Below, in pieces: positions 49,292 to 62,942 of a DNA stretch of 64,000 nt. How positions within the stretch are numbered: the stretch's first letter is position 1; the number at the start of each line of letters is the position of its first letter. Below the pieces are notes generated by a model that saw nothing but the letters and a program-made list of their open reading frames with translations, had not been told where the DNA came from and did not search any database. Source of the DNA: Orbicella franksi (taxonomy: Eukaryota); NCBI GenBank assembly GCA_964199315.1, contig OZ116709.1, positions 13,516,001 through 13,580,000 on the forward strand, written 5' to 3'. Made by a program: the position numbers and the translations under genes.

Positions 49292-49804
49292 ATAATGCAG
49301 AATTCCATATTTGTTATTCAACAATGCAATATGTTGAACCCATCTCAACTACTTTTGCCACGGATTGTAAAAAAAACAACTGTTTTTAAGAAGTGTTTTA
49401 TATGGCGTCTTATATGACACTTATTTATAAGCATGAACTGGTGTGTGAATGAGATCCTAAACAGATATGTTGTTGTGTATTTCCAAAAGGGGGAATTGCT
49501 GATTAATTTTGACCTGACATGGCCTCAAGACTCACTATTGTTTTTGAATACATGTAGTTTTTAAATAGAATGGTTTTTGATAAGTTTCTTCAGGTATGCT
49601 ATTTGGGACTCTCCGATATTCAATTTGTATTTACTTGTCATGCAACCCATATTTTCATTCAAAGTACAAGGTGTGCCTGGTTAATCGAAGTATGTTTGAA
49701 CAGTATTGACATATGTACAAAGAAACAGTCCCAAGTTTGGTTTCTGCTGATTATGGCAAAATCAAGCATTACTACATAACTTCCAAAAAATAAATATTTA
49801 TTAC

Positions 49805-49888
49805 CAAGAGTAGTATCCTTGATGACTTGTAGTTCACTGCAGAGAGAAGCAAATTCATCTTCTTTGGTGTGTAGTTTGTCTGTCAGAT
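49805..49888 (-). CDS. CLIP1: CLIP1-like exon (LTDKLHTKEDEFASLCSELQVIKDTTL)
   Basis: CTTTAG/GTAATA boundaries, phases 1/1. Confidence 0.82.
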
Positions 49889-50356
49889 CTAAAGAGGAAA
49901 GATATTTTTAAATGGTCAATAAAAAAGCCTCAATTTAACAAAACTATGGAATGCTCTATTAAAGTGTTCATCAGGGCAACAAATATTACAAGTTTGGTTG
50001 TCTGGCATTTGAAAGAGGGACAACAATTGGGTTTTAATTTTTAAATTTGAGCACTTATTATATGATATCAGTAATAACTGATAATAACATCAGTAATAAC
50101 TGATAATAACTGTTCTGTTCATTTTAATGTTATTAATCTTGGCTATGTGGATGACTGGGGTTTTTGTTATAAAGAAGTTTCTGTACAAGGGCTCCACTGT
50201 AACACAGAGCTGGATTATCACTGGTTTTTGGACAATTTTGATTCTAGCAGAGTCAACAATTCTTCAGACTCAGTCATGGTACTCAGCAGTACAGGACAGC
50301 ACTCTTAACTTGTGTGTTACCAGTGACTAGACTGTTAAAATTAACAAAACACATAC

Positions 50357-50414
50357 CTTCAATCATTTTGTGCAGAGATTCATTCTCCTCCTTTGTCTTT
50401 ACAAGCTCTGATTT
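50357..50414 (-). CDS. CLIP1: CLIP1-like exon (KSELVKTKEENESLHKMIE)
   Basis: TTGCAG/GTATGT boundaries, phases 0/1. Confidence 0.82.
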
Positions 50415-51690
50415 CTGCAATAAAGGTGTAACATAGCATAATATGAACAACTGATGTTTAAAAAACATTTTTTAAAAAATCTATTTTTTGCAGTAGTGAG
50501 TAAAAGTAGTGCAAACGAATTTCAATGAAATACAACAAATGAAGTAAACAAAATAGAGTGGAACCCTGTTAATACAGACACCAAGGGGACTTGCCATAGT
50601 GTCTATATTATCTGGGTGTCTCCATTAAGTGGGCTCTAAGAAAAATGTCATGGACACATGTCAGTATCCATTTAAGACCTTTGTCTAATTTCTTAACTAT
50701 ATCTGTAACAAGTTCTTCCTAAAAAAAAAACCTCATGATCATTTATTGCTAACTAGGTTATCACTGGACAACTGAGCAATGCCAAGTGGAGGTTGTGGAT
50801 ACTTGCAGCATTGCAATTATATGTTGGGTAACATCACTTCTCCCTTTTTCAGAGCAAAAAACTCTTCCATGATTCTGTATCTTTTGAAATTGCCTCTAGC
50901 ATCTACTGTTTTCAAACTACACTCATATAATGTGTTTGCCAGGATTCAAACAAAGAGAGGAAATGTACTATTTCTCCTTAGTGGCTTGTCTATTTCCAAA
51001 CAGTTCATATTCAAAATTGCTTTCTTGAGTTAGTGGGATAAAAAAATGTCAGATTGTAAATTTGTGACTAAAGAAACTTCACACAAAATATTGCTGCAGA
51101 CTCTGTTGCACCTTATGAAAGCACAAATTACTTTAAATTACTTTAATTGGCCTTTTATTAGGAGACTTGCTCACCAATGATGGATATAATCTTGGTCAAA
51201 TAGCACTGTTTACCTTCAATACTTCTTGAAAATTAATGCTTCTCAGTTGTCTTAATCGATAAAATTACAAGTGCATTTATTTCACGTGGTTCTATTGATA
51301 ACATCAAAGGTGTCAAAAGAATAAAGAATGTGCTATTCCATGACTTTGATACTTAAATTAGCTCTTGTTTATCATTACAATCAAAATTTAGGTTTTGAAA
51401 AAAAAACAAAACCATTCCTCAAAGCCTGAGTAAACACTCTTAGAGCATCTAGTTACTTGGTGGTTACAGTGGGCAGAGGGAAAGGGGGTGGAAGATTGGG
51501 CAAGTCCTTCACAAACAAAAGTTGTAGCAAGCCTGGTTGATTGATGAAAATTCATGCAATGAAAGAAAAAAGAAAAGAGGTGGCCTAGAATAATGTTAGC
51601 TAGTAAATATAGCTGCTTCTAGAGCATTGTTCAGGACTGTTGAGTGTCATTGAAAGGTACAGTAACATGTACAAACTAAACTATACTTAC

Positions 51691-51972
51691 AGTTGTTTTT
51701 AATTCATTTTCAAGGCTGGACTTGATTTTTGTATGTTCCTCTAGATCATTTTCCAAAGCAGCAATCTTTTCAGAAATCTTTGTCACTTCTTGTTCTCTAA
51801 AGCTGGTATCAGATGAATGCTGCTCCTGTGTAGCAAATAATGTTGCCTCTAGTTCTTTAATCTTGTTCTCAGATTCAGTCAATGAAGTACGGAAACTCAA
51901 AACTTCGGTATCTGACTCTGATAATGCATCCTTTAATTCAGCAATCTTCACCAAAGCTGCATTTTTCTCATC
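51691..51972 (-). CDS. CLIP1: CLIP1-like coiled-coil exon (DEKNAALVKIAELKDAL...ENELKTT)
   Basis: CTCCAG/GTAAGT boundaries, 94 codons of E/K-rich heptads. Confidence 0.88.
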
Positions 51973-52835
51973 CTGGAGAAAATGTACCAAATTTCCATTA
52001 ACCATAATATTAAGCATATTACATGTAACTATATAGTCAAGTCTTGTATACAACAAGAACAGAAGAGGAGATAAAGGTAAATGGCTATGTTCAGAAGATT
52101 AATTTCAGATCAAAAAGATTGTCCCACACAGATGACTTAGCTGATAAGAACATCTATCATTAGTTGGCTCTTGAGGCTCTTTGTTTCACATTCGCATATG
52201 CTGTAAAAAGCATGGTTCTTAGGGGGTGACAACTGACATGCTGTTCCATAGAACACACTGAAGACAAACTAACTTTGTGGTAAACTTTTAATATTCTAAT
52301 AGATTTTAACATTCTGCTGTTTTATGCAATGATCTTCAGAATCAATAGTAGACTTTCAGTCAAGAAGACAACATTGTTAAATAATAAACATCTTGAAGGG
52401 GCTACAGTATTTAAGATTTTACTCTTCCACAGGAAAAGTCTTGAGAGGTTGCAAATCTCAGGTCAAACTATAAAAGTAAAATTAATGCTTGGCAAGAAAT
52501 CATGCAGACTTTGGGCCTGGCTTACCTAGGAAACACTATTGTGGAAACATTGAACATTGCAAATGGAAATGTTCCAAGTTTAGCCCCATAAGAAACATAA
52601 ATTATGTTGCGGAAACAAATTTTGCTGCTCGGAAACAAGTTTCTCAGTTTAGCCACTGTGAAAGCAGTGTTGACTAGTTTTTAGTTCTGCTCATTATAAA
52701 ATTGCAGGGTGTGCAAATCAGCCTTCACAGCCAAATCTACTCTGATTTGACATATATGAAAAGAAAAAGTTATGTGTACATCAGGCCTATCCATATCTTG
52801 ACAATCACCGATAACAAGTCCTGCTAAAGTACATA

Positions 52836-54693
52836 TGTCACCCTCCACAGGAAAACAGGGATAAAGGTGATAGCATGCTCACAACACGCTTCCACTTGGA
52901 AATAAAAGAATTTGACTTTAGCATGCTTAAATCATGTTCAGGAGCACACTTCATTAGTAAACTCATTTGTTTGGATGGACACACTAAGAACAATAAGCGT
53001 GCACACAAAAACAATGCAGTCAAACAAAGACGCGTGTTAAACTTCGAAAACAAAAGATGGCGTGCCACAACACGCTTAAAGGGCGATACTTTCAAAAACT
53101 GTGCTGAAAGAGTTTTAGGCAAAGAGAACATTGACCAACATTGTGGTTGCTCATCGATCAACACAATTACTTACCATTTATTTACCGCAATTGCAATTGA
53201 AATGAAGTGTGTCGGTCAAGTGTCTGTAAAAAATAACAGTACTGTAATTTTCCGGATTTGATTGTAACTCATCCTTGTATTTGTTGTCGTGTTGCCGTTT
53301 CGACAGAAGGCGAAATTCAGTTGTCATGTTTATCTGTATTGTGAAGCACATTTCTTGCCGCCGCTTCAATTAAAAAGAAAATTATACACATTGAACAGTA
53401 AATTTGACCTCTCATGAGAAAAACTGTTCCCTTGCCGTGTGTTATCCGTTCAAGATAGGATGCCATTCGAACGGTTGCTGCTATCTGTTCACGACAAAAA
53501 ATCAGCTGTTCAAACGACAAGGGGAATCTGATCAGATTCAGCTTTTCGTGACACTTTACATTTGCACAATGTTGAAATCAAAACAAACAATTACACATAC
53601 AAAGGTCACAGTTTTGTCACAGAACCTTTCTTTGTTGGCCTTATTGCTTGGCAGATGTCAAGATGTTTGTTGTTTTTTTCACATGTGCTACACAGAAATC
53701 AACGAACAAGATGCCAAAACAAAACAACTTGCTTTTACGCACTTTGGGACTCTGGGACGTCAATACACGCCGTTTTGCAGTCTGCTTCGTTTCCATCTAG
53801 CCGAAAAGGGAAAATTGATAGCGAAGGCCCAATATCTATGAATTCAGAACTAACCGAAAAAAGTTACTGTTACAAAATGGATGAAAATAATTATAAACCA
53901 ACAAAAAGCCAAAGGCATCCATGTCTGGAAAGTTATTTTGTTCGCGAATGAAATTTGAGACGTTCCCAACTCGTTGCCTAGCACGTCACCAAAATCTTCC
54001 CACTAGCGGTGGTAAAATTGTTCTTCTCGAATGAACTGATCTAAACTATCCAAATATGACTACAACAGGATTTAGTTTTTTAAGGCTTACACTTTACATT
54101 GGAAAACTTAACTTTAGTTGCATCATTTAACTTCCCAACACGTGTAACCAACACCATATGTGTACAGTAATGCGACAATTTGTTGTTCTTCGGCACCGAT
54201 GAGAATCAGAGACAGCAACTTTTTCTTTGGCTGTATTTCTTTCCAAAGGAAGGAAGGTAATCAGTTTGTTTAAAAATGTTCTACTTGTGTTTGAGGTTAT
54301 CCAGAATAATAGTATCTTTTGTTCGTTGTCCAACACGGATGCCAAGTTTTTCTCCCGTTCTTTGTTGCTCTTTATTAATTGTCGCTAATTTAGAAGCTTT
54401 TAGAGTAAAATAATAAAATTCCAACTTTTTGGAGAGCGAGATCGCAAACTTTCCGCCTTGTTCCTTTTAGCTCTAGCATGTTCTAGCGTGTTCTAGCGTG
54501 CTAACTCACGCACCCTAATCAAAACAAAAGGTTTAGCGTGTTAACATCTTCGAAACAAATCATTGTGTGTCCTTCATTGTGCTACGAATTAAATATGCGC
54601 ACAAAGCCTGTCTTATGACACACTAAGTGTGCTGTGTTAGTGTGTTGTGAGCATGCTATCACCTTTATCCCTGTTTTCCCGTGGAGGGTCACA
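52836..54693. mobile_element. Non-autonomous TIR DNA element with TGT...ACA ends (1.86 kb)
   Basis: About 50-bp TIR TGT(C/G)ACCCTCCAC(A/G)GGAAAACAGGGATAAAGGTGATAGCATGCTCACAACAC; flanks CATA/TATA. Confidence 0.75.
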
Positions 54694-55499
54694 TATAATC
54701 AAATATGTTCAAGTCATTCCGAATAGCGAAATCCGACATCTGCATCCTGGGAGGGCACTCCCATATAAAAAGAACTGGGGGGGCCTGTCGAAAATTTTGA
54801 AAAGAACCCCTCAGAGGTACCAAGATCCTGTCTTGTGGGCGTGGCTTGAAATTTTTGCTCAAAAATGTTAGATGCTAGTATGGAATGTAGTTGATGAAAG
54901 ATGCCAATTTCACTTTGCAACTAAAAGGAACACCGTTTCGAAGGCTACTGTACATACTTTTGACATTCATTCCATTCATTCAATGAGTATGAAAATTTAA
55001 AACAAAAATTTACCATAGATATCTTACGGACCAGCCTGGGGCGACCAAGTGTGAAAAGTTAGTCACCAGTGAAAAAACAATTGGTCGCAATTTGTGAAAA
55101 ATAGCAGTCTCAATGTCGAGCTCTGCTATAGTTACATGTATGGTGCTCTGCTATTACACGCAGGCACAACCCTTGATTTTCTGAAACAAAATCCTCTCGT
55201 TTAGCCAACAGGGCAGCAAAACATTCTGTTTGCTTTCTGCTAATTTGGCCATCCAGGAAACATAACAAGAAACAATGTTTCCACTACAAGGTCTCCTAGT
55301 TTAGTCAGGCCTTTACACTAATTATGCTAAAATTTCCTCCAAATAAAACAGCATATTCATTAACTTGCTACAGTGACCTCATTTCACATTTTTCCAGTGA
55401 TAAGTTCTTAGAGCATCTCTGACAAATTACTCCTCAGTTATGAACAGAATCTGCAAGACAGTCTGATGAACCATTCATTTGTAAAACTAGATACAATAC

Positions 55500-55592
55500 C
55501 TGCATTTCATCAAATTCTTTTTTAATTCTTGAAAGGGAGGCAACCTTTTCCTTCAATTCAATCTCCAGAGTTTCAATTTCTTTCTGCTCAAT
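55500..55592 (-). CDS. CLIP1: CLIP1-like exon (IEQKEIETLEIELKEKVASLSRIKKEFDEMQ)
   Basis: CCTTCAG/GTATTG boundaries, phase 0/0. Confidence 0.85.
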
Positions 55593-55926
55593 CTGAAGGA
55601 GAGGTAACATTACGTTTTAATGACTTTAAATTAGCCAAAACAATGGAGGAGTTTGATGTGCTCTCATTAGCCACTTAACGTAAGCTATGACAGACGTGGG
55701 TGCTCAGCACGTATTTTGAAGTAATCTGGATGGTTGGCTTGAATGGCTGATTAAATTAAATGAAACTTTTTAAACAATTTTAGTTACTTATTAGAGTTAC
55801 AGTTTGTACGTTAAAAAAATATGTTATCCAAGTTATACAATCACTGGTAACTTACAAATCAGTCATTGCAGACCTTGTTCTTATTATGTACAATACTGAA
55901 TGATTAATCCATAAATGTAGAACTAC

Positions 55927-55990
55927 CTGTAGTTCATCTCCAAGAGTAATCTCCTCTTCTTCCAACTTGAATTGCAAATCTTCCACCTTC
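55927..55990 (-). CDS. CLIP1: CLIP1-like exon (KVEDLQFKLEEEEITLGDELQ)
   Basis: TTTACAG/GTAGTT boundaries; matches CLIP-170 RKVEDLQFRVEEESITKGD. Confidence 0.93.
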
Positions 55991-56037
55991 CTGTAAAGAA
56001 AATATAGTCAAACATAACCTGTCCTGCTTTTCTACTA

Positions 56038-57330
56038 TGTGTATGCCGCATGACCTAATACATAAGAACAGTCAAGTGGAAGGGGAGAAATGTGGAATAG
56101 CAGAGGTTTTAGGAGATTTATGTCTGTTGTTGTTGTTGTTGGATTCAATTCGCTTAACTTAAATGCACTGTTCATAAAAGACACAGTTGAGGTCGAATAC
56201 AACACTGGGGATAAGGAGAACCTGTACCTTTGCGAAAATCAACATGGCAACAGCAAGTTATGAATTCAGTGGAATTCTGCCATGTGACTGCAAGGGCACC
56301 ATAACCTCGGTAGCACTTCAATGAAAATATTGGTCAGAGTCCTTTGATTACCACGTAATGGCAAAAGGAATTACTCACTGTGCTCAGAAAAAAAGGTTTG
56401 TTTTTACACTGCACTGGTATTGAAGAGCAAGAATTATTCAAAACCTTGCAAGATCCTGGACCACTGGAGGAAGTGGAAGAAGACAAATTGCTAATGAATA
56501 TAAAAAAGCCTTGCAAACACTTGATGTTCACTTGAGCATCAATTGAAAGGAGCCCAACAAAAAGCACCTTTCCAGAAACCTCAAACAGGAGGAAGGATAA
56601 CTGGCATGGAAAATCAACAAGCAAATACTGTTGAATTGAATACAGGGAAGGCGCTGACCAGTTCAAAGGTAGAGAAGCAAAGGCAGATGATAAAGTGCAC
56701 CACTTTAGTCATGATAGATGTTGTTCTACAAGAAAGTGTCAGATGTGCCATAAGATAGAACATTTTGTCACTTTGAGGTTTGTCAAACCCAAAATGTCAC
56801 CAGCAACAGAGGATTCCACCACAGGACCTGCAAAACAAGAAGAGATGAACTCCATTAGGTATGGTACCACAGGTGCTAAAAATGATGATGATGAGTATGT
56901 AATCACTGTGGGTAGCTGAAGTTGCATATAAAAGTGATAAGATTAAAAAGAAGCTGGATGAGCTTGAAAGAAAGGATATCACTGGAAAAGTAAAGAGTCC
57001 ATCACACTGGGTAAGTCCTGTAGTTGAAGTTCTAAAACCCAAAGGGGAGTTGAGACTTGTAGATATGAGGCAAGCAAACTATGCTGTACAGAATGGTATT
57101 CTGTTTCAACCACTGATGAAGAACTTCAAGGTATCAGCCACAGTATAGTGTTTAGCAAGCTGTACTTAAGAGAGGGATTCCACCAAACTTTGAAAGCAGT
57201 GGTAGACACAAGAGGACCAGAATCAGTTTCGGAACATCACTCTTGGATATGGTAATTTACAAAATCTAACAACACTCTCCAAGTCACTGCAAAGGTTGAC
57301 AAAAAAGAGTCATGTATTCCAATGGGGAAC
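56038..57330 (+). mobile_element. Degenerate Gypsy remnant (short LTR, PBS-like site, gag with CCHC knuckle, start of RT)
   Basis: ...CAACA C TGGGGATAAGG at about 56204; gag-like KKGLFLHCTGIEEQELFKTL; CQMCHKIEHF; RT-like SHWVSPVVEVLKPKGELRLVDMRQAN; many frameshifts. Confidence 0.7.
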
Positions 57331-57709
57331 ATCAAGTAGCAGTGTTCCAGAACCTGAAAGACAAACTGAGAGACACTAGCAATTGTATGGGCTTGTGAAT
57401 ATTTTCACAACTACCTGTACGTATCAAGTTTTCAGTTTCAACGAGGCTGTATTCTCTAGTTCAAAAGCCATATGAGATTTAATGACAAAAGCGATAAAAA
57501 ATAATAACACTCCAATTATTAGTACACAGTTTTCAAGGCATATTACTGAAAAACTATTCCTTGAATTGGTTCCCACTTGGCAAAATGTATTGTGACGAAA
57601 TGAACCTACCTATTTCATTGCTTAATCACCAAAGAAAGGTATGGTGTGCACAAATGTACATTACGAAGGAGCCACCACATCACTGTAATTTGCAGCTACA
57701 CACCTATCA

Positions 57710-58563
57710 TGCGCATATCTTGCATCAACATTGGACCAACCACAGGGCATCCAATGGACCCTCTTCTCAACCCTAGAAGATCTGGATTTCACCGATGACC
57801 TAGCTCTGGTCTCACAAACTCATCAGCACATGCAAGAAAAAACCACCCATCTCAGCATGTTTGCACAAGAAGTAGGCCTGAAGATCAGCCAGAATAAGAA
57901 AGAAGTGATGATGCTGAATGTCCCAAACCCCTTGCCGGTCAAATTGAAGGAGAGGATCTTCCAACAACCAAAGAATTCACCTACCTTGGTACCACTGTCA
58001 GGCATGACAGTGGAGCAGGCGGCCACATCAGAAATTGCCTCAACCAGGCCAGGAACGCCTTCAGAATGCTAAACAACATATGGAAATCATCCCAGTACAG
58101 TACCAAGACCAAGCTAAGACTGTACCAGAGCTGTGTACTTTCCACCCTACTGTACGGCTCTGAATGCTGGCGGATGACTGAAAGCGACCTCAACAAACTG
58201 TCCACCTTCCACACCAAGTACCGTAGAAGAATCCTGCAAATATTCTGGCCCGAGACCATCTCCAAACAACATCTTCTTGCCTGCTGGGCACCATCATCAT
58301 GCGAAGGCGTTGGAGATGGATCAGACATGTGATGAGAAGAGAGCCAGGCAACATCTCCCGCACAGCCCTTCACTGGACACCAGAAGGTAAGCGGAAACAA
58401 GTGTGACCCAAGTACACCTGGCGTTGAACTGTGGAAGGGGAACTCAAAACCCTCCATCACACCTGGGGTACCATTCAGAAACTGGCCTGGAACAAGCAGG
58501 AGTGGGGTACCTTTGTTGCTGCCCTACATGCCAGCCGGCATAATGGGCATGAGTGAGTGAGTG
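57710..58563 (+). mobile_element. RTE-clade LINE, 5'-truncated
   Basis: QGIQWTLFSTLEDLDFTDDLAL (FADD-like); KTKLRLYQSCVLSTLLYGSECW; (GAGT)n tail; 10-bp TSD ACACCTATCA at 57700-57709 and 58564-58573. Confidence 0.9.
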
Positions 58564-59936
58564 ACACCTATCAGGCATTCTAGTAAATTTTTCCTCTGAA
58601 CAATCCCTCTGATCTGCAGTCTCTTTGGTCTCTCAGCATCTCTCCAAACAAAATGGCTTCCCCGGCCGACGTCACAGACCAACTTAGACCCATTCACCTT
58701 ATAACTCGGTGGTGAACCACAGTGGCTCGTATTTTATGAATTTTGGAAATTCACATAAAATTGAGGAAAGATCATGCAACTATAATTTTTTCACCAAATG
58801 AACGTGATCAAAAGAAACAGGACATTTTTGACGGCTAAGAAAAAAAATTAGAGGTTAGGAGCACTTTAACAATGACAGTTCACCCTTAATTTGGCTCTTT
58901 TTTTCTCTGAAGGAGAAGCAGAAATATCCTTTAATTTGGTAGTGCTTTTCCAGTATATGATTATATATCTATAAGCCAGCGACAATTCAGTGAAGGGCAT
59001 GTATGGATACCTAATATATTTTCAATGGGTTAATGCAGAACATTATCTGTAGATTACAACATAGTCACCCGAACTACATTTATATAACTAGTAGATACAA
59101 TAGGTGCAGCAGAAAATGATTGAAAATATGGTTCAAACAGTAAATCTAAGTTATGAGCAGAAATCCATTAAGCAACAGAGGACAAAGAATTAATTATGGT
59201 CATTAACATTTTTGTTGATTTAGACCATCAAAGTCATGACACCAATTACTTTATGCTAAATCCACATCTGAAATGCCTGAGGCTTAAATCCATTTTTAAT
59301 TTTGTAGCACATGCTGCTTAATCAGCAAAAAATAGGAAAAATAGGTTTCATTTAAAAAATAGGAGAAAATAGGAATATGCTCAAAAAAATAGGAACAAAT
59401 AGGAACTGGACACTCTGCATGACAACATTTCCATCAAAATGCTAAGCTATGTGAAGTAATAAAAAGTGCATCTGTGAAGATGACAGGAACAACAAAGAAT
59501 TTAAATACTTTCCAGCGAGAGAAGAAATACTGTATAATATTGTGTCATTGCTGAGGTAGTTTCACATGGAACCTGCTTCAAACTGTTATTCACCACAGTT
59601 TGAGACAGCACATCCTAGCTACCACACAAGAGGAACATGCTGGAATTGTGGCCACAAAATTGAGACTGAAGACCAAGGCCTGGTGGCCTGGTGATGAACT
59701 ACAAAGGTGTGTTAGACTTTTTTGATGTTCTTATTGCTTCCTGAAAAAATCTATTTTCAACTTGACGGATAGAATATTTGCCAATCTCTTTTCACTTGAG
59801 AAAGTATAAGAGGAGACTGAAGTACAAGCCACACACACAAGCTTCTTAAAAATCTGTCATATTTGCATACCCTAATAAAAGATTCATCAATTTTCTGATA
59901 TTTTTAATCAAACAGTGCCATGATGTTACTTTTTAC

Positions 59937-60040
59937 CTTTTCTCTTCATCTAGCAGTGTCTGAAGCTCTGTTTTTTCTTCCTTGGCTGTCTTAACCAAAA
60001 GCTGAAGTTCTTCAATGACTTTGTTTTTCTCAAAAATGAC
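59937..60040 (-). CDS. CLIP1: CLIP1-like exon (VIFEKNKVIEELQLLVKTAKEEKTELQTLLDEEK)
   Basis: GAACAG/GTAAAA boundaries, phases 0/2; cf. CLIP-170 EKVELLNQLEEEKR. Confidence 0.9.
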
Positions 60041-60267
60041 CTGTTCAACCAAAAGATTGAAATTATTATTTGTTTCCAAGGAATTAACTAAAACACAAAT
60101 GTAGACCTTTCCTGCATTCCACATGCATATAAACAATAGCACTAGAATGAGGAGGGAGTGGAGCTATTTCATACATTTCTTGCATTTTTGTTTACCCTGA
60201 CCTCAAGCTGGTACCACTGCTGAATGGTGTAGTAGACCATTAACAGTATGGCAGTATGTAGTATATG

Positions 60268-60424
60268 AAGACATGAGGTCATGGGTTTGAATCCTGTTCA
60301 AGCCTGAATTTTTTCAGGCTTAAATTTCACTACTGCTTGAGTTGTCTAATGTATAACTGCGATGATCAATCATGTCTTCATATCTTTCTCCGCAGTTCAA
60401 ATGTATGATCTTTCATATATTCAC
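60268..60424 (+). mobile_element. tRNA-derived SINE, partial
   Basis: B-box-like GGTTTGAATCC; AAGCCTGAATTTTTTCAGGCTT hairpin; TTCATATATTCAC end. Confidence 0.6.
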
Positions 60425-60731
60425 GAGACAAGTATGTAGTATAGATAACAGATGTTTAAGTTCACTGATGTCTGAACACTGCTAACCTCCCCTTCTATCT
60501 CTAGACTATGGAATTAGTTTGATGTTAACCAAAAGAAACGAAGGGACATGTAGTATACATGTACTTCCCTAGACATCCATCTAACATCTTATTTGTCTTT
60601 CCTATAGAATGTGTTTAGAGCTACATGTATCCTCCATTTCAGTCTTTACCCTAAAAAATTTGCTTAAATTCCTTTTTTCTCATTCTAGTCTATTTCTGTT
60701 TAATTGTTTATACTATGTAGATGTACTGTAC

Positions 60732-60773
60732 CTCATTATGACTTTCTTTTAGTTTGGTAATTTCTTCCTCTGC
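60732..60773 (-). CDS. CLIP1: CLIP1-like exon (AEEEITKLKESHNE); 5'-most exon found in the window
   Basis: TTGCAG/GTACAG boundaries, phase 0/0; no CAP-Gly exon found up to 64000. Confidence 0.78.
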
Positions 60774-62942
60774 CTGCAATGAAATAAGCACATTTCAATA
60801 TAATATAACCTTGGTGAATTTAAAGACCTGAGATATCATTGCCATTATGTACACAACTTATTCTTGTTCTTGTTTCATTTTTGCCATTTGTGAATTTATT
60901 TACAACATAGCAATGTATAAGGCAAGGAAGCCCAGGGAAGCCAATAAGGCTTTTGTAAAAGACTAAGGTACCTTAAAGATACCTAAGACTTCACAAAAGA
61001 GCAAAAATGCTGTCATCAGCACACAAAATGATAATTTAGGATAAAAGTAGTTATGCAAAAATAAATGCACGAATGCGCAAAAGCAAAGGAAGAAAAAAAA
61101 ACAGTGAAAAAAGCGCACACAAGCACACTAAGAGAAGTAAAATATACTAATAAATATACCAAGAAAGATGACTAAAGTTTAGAGGTGAACACAGCAATAC
61201 TAGAGGCATTCTGACTTTCAGTGTCGAGAGAATTAAATAATTTAATTTTGGGCCTTGAAAATGGAGTGAGAGTTTCTCAGTCTACATTTGTCCTACAGTA
61301 GGACAAATGGACAGAATTCTGAGTTCTAGTATTGTATTTATGTACATCACAGTTAAGTAAAAGCATGTCTTTGAAACTTTCAGGAACAAGGCAATTTTTG
61401 TATACAGGCACATGTATAACTTTACATGTATCTATGTTTTGCTCAACTAACAAACCTGACTACTTGAATGACTAAAAACAGTTACCAGCCTTTGATCACC
61501 TCCATACAGTGCTGGAAATAATTTTTCTTCTTTAACAGGACACGTGTCCTTTCAAATCTTCATTTCGGTTGGACATCTTATCAATTTGACCGGATATTAA
61601 TTTGCATAATTGATTAGCATAATAATTAGCATAAGAAAATTTATTAGCATACTGTCAAGATTTTCAATACAAATCGTTCAAAACTGTGTTTAAATTTGAT
61701 TTATTTATTATTTATGATTAACTAGATGACTTTATGCTACTAGATGACCACACCAATCTCTCCTAGTTATCTCCTAATTATATGTTCTTCAAGTAAACCT
61801 AGTTTTCTACTGAATGCTACCATTAAAGGGAAACAGTCAGCTTTGGGACCCCGCTGACCTGGACACTAGTTTTCTCACTTTGAAAAAAGTTCACCTCAAC
61901 CTGAAATCAAAGTACATCTAGAAATCCACTTCAATCTTCGCAGTGTTTTACTTGATTTTCAATTGTTTACTGAAAAACCTGTCTTTGAGTGTGCCTTTTC
62001 TCATTCTATGATATCATTTTTACCATATTTGGTTGAAAACAGTATGGATTGCATCTCTGTGATATGCAAATTAGTTATGAAATGATATCTAATGTGCATG
62101 TGCTCCAGCTGACTGTGTCCCTCTAAAGCAGCAGCCCATCACTAGGAGTGTGCAACTACCTCGATTATTCCTGTCCTGGCGTTTTCACAAACCAATCTAT
62201 TTTTAGTTTAAATTTACTGCGAATTCAGACCCCCCCCCCCCCCCAAGAACCTCAGTGACCAATCACAAGCACGGACTTTATAATTTCACCAGAAGATTAG
62301 TTCGCCACATCCACCTGAGGTCGCCATTTTTCTCCTTACCAATGCGTGCTCATATAGACTAGAACTGACCTTTTTCCATGGGAAAAGCAGCCTAAAAATA
62401 GACTGGTCTGTAAAAATACCATGACATAGACTTAGTATGGGAGTTGTAGGCTCCTAGTGATGGGCTCCTGACCAAAGTTGACTCTATTTAGGGTACATAC
62501 ATGAAGGGCTAGCAGCATATTACAATGCATGTAATGCATAATAGGGAGATTTCTGAAGAGTACTTTGTTTGGCAAGTACAGGATAGATGAACACTTCTGC
62601 TTTATGATATGGCAGAAGCCCATAATGGGCTCCTAAATATGATAATGAGCTCCTGGATATGGCTCAAACTGTCAGAGTCAAGAGCCCAAAATTAAAAAAA
62701 AATTCTTGAGTAGCCATTCGGCAACTAAGTGATAAAAATCAAGTGGAATTTTATTCAGAAAAGAACTCAATGCATAAAATCAGTAGAGAAAAAAAATTTC
62801 CAAGACTTTTTTGGCTGCTAATTTTGTGTACGCATTACAAAAGACACAATTGGTAGGCATATATGAGATACTCGATGCTCAAGGGTTTGCAATGCATTAT
62901 GGGGCAATTTCAAACACAATTAGCTATTTGCAAGTTTTCCGA

